DNA from: Lama guanicoe
Taxonomy: Eukaryota
DNA: 64,000 nt
Reading direction: 5' to 3'
Assembly (NCBI GenBank): GCA_013239625.1
Contig: MU056898.1
Location: 1,145,717-1,209,716, forward strand
Shown here: piece by piece, positions 58,609 through 64,000 of the stretch
Position numbering within the stretch: the first letter of the stretch is position 1
How the letters are laid out: every line of letters begins with the position of its first letter
Position numbers and translations under genes: made by a program
Notes under the pieces: model-generated
Told to the model about the DNA's origin: nothing
The model's input: only the letters and a program-made list of their open reading frames with translations
Databases searched by the model: none

Positions 58609-61600
58609 AGGCCTCGGGAAGCTGCCTTTTCTAGGCCGCGGCTCGTCGTTCCAGCAGGACAGTGACCGCTGGAGCCTGTCCACGCCTCGGTCACAAGTCC
58701 TGCCCTGGGGGTGTCCAGGCTGCACATGCACAGGAGGCAGCCCATCTGTGCCAAGGAGGGGACCCTTTGGGGGCTCAGTTTTCCCAGGGGTGACCCAGTC
58801 CGGCCCCACGGGTTGGGCAGAGGGGCGCCTGTAGCCAGTCTCTGCTGTCGCAGGTCGCCTGGCGCTGCTGCCTCTCTGGGCCTCTGGCGGCCTGGGGGAG
58901 GCGCCCTGGCCCTTCCCAGAGCGAGGCCCTAGCGCCCCGAGGCCCTGGGGTCTGCTGACGGCCCTCCTCCCCTGGTGGTGTCTGTGCGCACCTGCGCCTG
59001 GAGGGCGGGGAGGCTGTTCTCTCCACACTCCCCTGGTGCACATCTGGGAGCGGCTTTTCCTCCGTGAAGCCCTTTCCCACGTCCTTCTCGTGTGTTTGTC
59101 TCCCCGCGAAGGTGACAGGTGTGTGCCCCCTGGAGGCTGGTTGGAAAGCGTGTGGGGCCCTCGCCTCACGTCCCTTCCTCACCTGTGACGACCCTCATCT
59201 GGACAGTGTGTCCCTACATTGCTCCTCTGTCGGGGTCTTGGATGCAGGACCCCCACCCCCACCAGCCCACTTGCTTCCACTGTCCACCTCACGTACAACC
59301 AGCTTTTCTCAACGTGCCCAAGGTCAGCGATCACTGCCCCCCACGATCGTGGTGGTGGGCGGCCTCGCCCAGCGCCTAGCCTGCGGAGGCCCAGGGTCTC
59401 CGAGGTCGAGGGCTCCGGGTCAGCCGGGCCTGGGTTTTGAGTCCCCTCCCCCCCCCCGCCTCCCCACACCGGTGCCTCACCGCTTCAGGGGCTCAACTGC
59501 ACACTGAGCCCAGCATCCCGTGGCGGCTGAGCCTCCAGGGCCCAATGGGGCAGGTTCAGAGCCAGTGCCCTGTCCCCACTGCTCATTGCTGTTCCCTCCC
59601 TTCTAGGCCTTGTCCCTGGTTCTCGTGGCATCCTGAGCACGTCATGGTCCCTGGACCCTCGGCCCAGTGTCCTCTGTGAGGTGGGGTTCATGCGCCATTG
59701 GGGCTCAGCGTGGAGTCTGGTGGGGTTCGCCAGCCTCCCTTCGTTTATGAACAGTGAGCACAGGTGTATTTTGTGAGGAGCAGGCCTCTCTGTGCACACG
59801 CAAGCACACGCCGGCTCACGCCTCGCACTGGCCTCTCCCCGCTGTCGCCAGAAGGAAGCTGAGACGCTCAGTGCAGGACTTGCAGTGACCATGGCTGACT
59901 CTGTGCAGACCAGAGCGTCCAGACACGGTGGGAGCTGGACCGCGTGCCGGAGCGGCACTCCCCCGTCCCAGGCTGCTCCCTCCCACCAGGCTGGAGCAGA
60001 GACCGTTGCTGCCGGAGCTCAGGACCCCAGCCTGCCGCCCTCGCCCGTTCGGTGGGTCCTTCTGCTTTTACTCTTGCCGCCTCCTCACTTTGCAGTTTTC
60101 ACAGGCATCAGCCGAAAGAGAAGGCCCTGGAATCCTGGCCCACAAAGCAGGCCGGCATCCACTCCCATCCCCGTGCCAGTCAGACTGACCACTCTGGCTG
60201 CCCTGCCGCCACCTTGGGGGCCCTGCGGCCAAATCCCAGCTCAGCCACAAAGACTGCCATGAGAGGAGTGTCCCTGTGGCCTAGGAGTGGGCTTCCAACT
60301 GGCCAGCTGGAGTCCCCCGCGCCCCCGTGAAAGCCGGGAGAGGCCTCTGACGAGACCCCTCTGCAAGTGTGCAGCCCCACTGTGGTTTCCAGTTTCCTCC
60401 CCGAGATCCTTCCAGCCAGGCCCTCTGCATCGTCCCAAGCTGCCCATGTGTCCTTGACACATTCGAGAGCTGGCAATGCAGACGTGGGCCCCTTGAGGTG
60501 TCTCTTTACCCCGTGAAAGGGTCTGTCTCGTCTCATAACGACAGCTCGTTTACCAGACAAGGCCTGTCCCGCTCCTAACGTCCAGTGGTCGCTGCGCTGG
60601 GTCGTGGGGACAGAGCTGCTCAGTCTCACAGGGGCCACCTGACAGGAGCCCACGGCCTCTTGCTTCAGTGTCACATGGGTGGGGGGGTTAAGAGGCTTCC
60701 CAAAGGGACCTTGGAGCACAAGTCAGGCCCCGGTTGCCAGGAAGACAGGGCCCAGGCCAGATGGGGCCGCGCGGTGGCCAGCAGCTGGAGGAGGTGAGGG
60801 TGAGAAGGATGCAGATGCGAGGCCGTGGTGTCCAGGCAGTGATGGCGACTGAACCTGCGCAGCTGCCCTGCGTCCTCTGAGACCCCGCGGGGGGAGACGG
60901 CGGCAGAGCCCGGAACCCGGAGAGTCGGGGTGGAGGCGGGGGCCTAGTGGTGAGCAGACCCGGGGAAGCGGCACGCTCCGTAGCTGCAGTGGGGTCTATG
61001 CCACAGAACTTCCCAAAGGCCCAGAATCGGCAGCACGCGCGCTGGGGGCGGGGAGTGACCGGCAGAGCTGCGGAGGATTAAGGTGCTTGCGTGAGAGTGT
61101 AATTAAGAGGCAGGCAGATCCCAGACCTTCAGCCAGCTCTACGCAGCGGGCCGCTGCCTGCTTCCCAGCGAAAGTGAAACATGGAGTCAGAAACGCAGCA
61201 GTTTCTTCTCCGGGCCGGCAGCAGCCTCCGCGGGAACGTGTTGGAAGTGCAGGTCCTTGGGCTCCATCTCACACCTGCCGGGTCACAGCGCCTGCGGGGG
61301 CCCGGGTGCGCCCCCATGTGTGTGAACCCTTGCTCTGGTGGAGAGGCTCCCTGGACAGGGCACTGGTCCTCACAAGAGCCGCGAACGGGCGGGGCAGAGG
61401 GTTGAGGCGGGTGGGTGCTGAGACACCCCTGCCCACCCCACCGTCACCCCTCTCCTTCCAAGCTCTGGGAGGCCAGCAGCTGGCCTGACCCTCAGGGGGA
61501 CCTCACCAGCCTGGGGAGACCCAAAGGCACTGACTCCAGAGGCCCCAGTAGAGTCTGCCAGGTCACTCCACGGCAGCCCTCAGCTGGCAGGCCGAGGGAG

Positions 61601-61729
61601 CCCACTGCGAGTTGTGCGGAGGTGACGGGGTCGGCAGGCGCAGGAAGATGGCACGGGGCAGGCCAGTGGATGGGTGCCCTGCAGGGAGCAGGCTGTCGAG
61701 TGAAGAAAACCTCCGAACACTATTCTCAG

Positions 61730-61900
61730 AGAGACCAGCAGAATGTGAACAAGAGGCTTTAAATTCTTCAAAATGAAAAATAACGAACTTCTGAGAGTTA
61801 AAAACATCCAAACTGAAAGGAAAATCTAAGTAGAAGACTTGTAAGATGAAACTGAGGAGTTTATCTGAAGAGTAGAACAAAAAGACAGTGCGATGGCGGC
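61730..61900 (+). mobile_element. HAL1/L1M ORF1-like fragment
   Basis: A-rich gaacttctgagagttaaaaacatcc...gatgaaactgaggagtttatctgaagagtagaacaaaaagac resembles the coiled-coil ORF1 of HAL1/L1M. Confidence 0.55.
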
Positions 61901-62859
61901 AGGAGACTCAGGGCAAGGACATCCGCAGAGCAGCCAGGGGTCCGAGTCACGGGGGCTCTGGGAGAGGCCGGGGGTCAGGCCACGCGGCACCAGCTAAGGG
62001 TGTTTCCCAGGACAAAGGGGAAGCCACACTGCAGGAAAAGTAGGCCAGGGCCCAGCAGCAGCGCGGGAAGCTGGGAGGCGCGGGCGGCCGGTGCCCCCAC
62101 GTCCCCAGAGGAGCCGACGGCAGCTCCAGCCTGGCACCCAGACCTGAGCAGCCCCACGTCCCCATGTCACAATCGGAGAACACTGACCTCCTGCATGCCC
62201 CTTCTCCGAGGCCAGCAGAGGCTGCGCCCCCGTAGAATGAGGGGGTGGCCCGGAGAGCAGACAGAGCAGGGAGCCCGAGACCCAGGAGTGCCTGGGACAG
62301 CAGCCTTGGGAGCAGCGCGCAGGCGGGGGCTGCTCGAAGCTCCGGGCCTCCCTCGGGCAGGGGAGTCATCAGAATGCAGCACATCCAGAGTCTCGGAGGC
62401 GGTGTGGACCCGGCCTCCCACAGCTGCAGGCCATGCGTCCCTGGGCCTGCTGCCCCGGTCACAGAGCTGCCACCCCGCCCCTGCCCCGGGCGCTCAACTC
62501 ACACGTTGTGTTTTAGATCTCCCGCCACTATGGAGGTCGGAGATCAGGAGGCTCCGGCGGGGGCTGTGAGCAGAGGTCCGGCCACGCTCGTGGCGGGAAC
62601 GTGGAAAAGCAGGTGCGAGCAGAGACCCAAGCATCGGCCCCGGGGAGACCAAGAGGCGGCAGGAGACAGCCACACAGCTCAGCCCGGCTCTGCAGCCTGC
62701 ACAGCCGTCATGGTTCGGATCCCAGCGGGGTCCTGGGAGGTGCGTGCAGCGGGGCCGGCGGGCGGCGCTCACTCCCGTGGTCGCAGGGCATTCGCGATTC
62801 CTCGAGGAGCGGACTTAACACCAAGGGAACCGGCTGGCTGAGGCGGGCTCGTTGGCCCT

Positions 62860-63390
62860 GAGGAGGAGAGGACCTGAGGGGGGTGAGAGATGCTGTCGTC
62901 CCACAGCTGGATGCTCTGAAACGAGGCCCACGGGAGGCCGGCGAGCGCCGTGCCATGGAGGCTTCACTGCCCGTGAGGAGTGACAGGTCGGCTCTAAACT
63001 CTGCACGTGAATTCGTACAACCAGGAGTCGACAACGTTTCTGAAAAAACCAAAGTCGCAGGGCTTACACTCCCTGGTCTCAGACGCTACGGAGATACGCT
63101 AATCAGCACAGTGCGACTTGGACGTAAAGGTAAACACGAGGGTCAGAGGTGCACAGCAGCGTCCGCGTCTCTGGAGCCAGCTGACAAAGTGCCCGAGCAG
63201 CTAAATGGAGGAAGGACGGTCGTCCCCGCAAACGTCGGGGGCCTGAGGGTGTTCACCTGCCAAACCCCAGAACTCCTCGGCCGCTAGCTCGCCCGGCTCA
63301 CGGAGGTCGGCCCGAAGTGGGCTCTAGACCACGTGTGAGCGCTCAAACCGCGCGACTGCCAAGAGAAGATCTCGCCGGCGTGGACGGAGC
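62860..63390 (+). mobile_element. Degenerate LINE-1 ORF2 fragment
   Basis: ORF 62883 contains EKTKVAGLTLPGLRRYGDTLISTV, matching L1 ORF2 [24 protein letters not shown]. Confidence 0.7.
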
Positions 63391-64000
63391 GGGGCCGGGG
63401 CCGCGGGGTGGAGGGTGCCCGGGGCCAAGAGGGGCTGGGGCTGCAGCCAGTGGCTGGTGGCCGACCCGACGTGGGCGGGCCCCTCCTTGTGGGCGCCGAG
63501 CGGAGGAGGGCCAGGGTGGGTCTCCAGGATCCTCGGGGGAGTGTCCCTACACGGGCAGTGGAGCCCCAAGAGCCGCCACCAGGTTGCAGCCTGTGGTCAT
63601 CATGGCCTCGTGTCTGCTCTTCGCTGAAACTCTGCAGCCCTCTGACCTCAGGCCTGCTGCGTGCTCCCCCCGAGTGCGGCGGCCGAGGCTCCAAGTGCTG
63701 GCAGGTGCCGGATCCCAGCGCCTGCTCGCTCCTCGCAGCCCAGGGTCAGCGCCAGCTGGGGCAGCAGCCTCGGCCTGGCGGCCTTGAGACGGCCAGGTGC
63801 CTGGCTGGTGGCTCTCAAGCACCCGGGGCTGGATGGCAGCGGCGCTGTCCTAGCGGAATGGCAGCTAGCTCGTGGACTGAGTGCAGTGATGAGATGTCGG
63901 TCTCTCTGGAGGCCGAATTTATTTCTGCCTGAAAAGCTCCGGGTGTGAGCAGACTCCCTCCCAGGCCTCCCGCCACAGGGCCAGGCTGCTGGGCTCCGAC

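Noticed and set aside
1-64000. Hundreds of 60-350 aa ORFs as novel genes or an operon-like new system
   Set aside because: High GC depletes stop codons. The peptides are P/G/R/A-rich, overlap in all six frames and have no recognisable domains. Only five MAD1L1 exons and L1 remnants give coherent protein signal.

Overview
Mammalian genomic DNA, very GC-rich and probably subtelomeric; a tRNA-derived SINE suggests a camelid. The window is an internal segment of MAD1L1 (mitotic spindle-checkpoint protein MAD1) on the + strand. Five consecutive GT-AG coding exons (4565-4705, 13451-13507, 23590-23678, 39380-39470, 57935-58142) splice in frame. By my recollection they correspond to human exons ~13-17, and the last encodes the MAD2-interaction motif. 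The introns hold many old, GC-shifted LINE-1 fragments, two SINEs, a MaLR LTR, a probable ERV solo LTR, MIR remnants, two minisatellites, two assembly gaps and several AT-rich, homeobox-motif-dense islands that look like conserved enhancers. I found no evidence of a new multi-gene system; almost all of the ORF track is GC-content noise. Best leads: (1) His at the position of human MAD1 R558H plus a changed MAD2-binding motif; (2) a cryptic donor/acceptor pair whose frameshifts cancel; (3) a HOX/CDX-site cluster that could alternatively be an intronic poly(A) site; (4) CpG gain in ancient L1s; (5) a structured E-box-rich minisatellite. Human comparisons and repeat subfamily names come from memory, not database searches.
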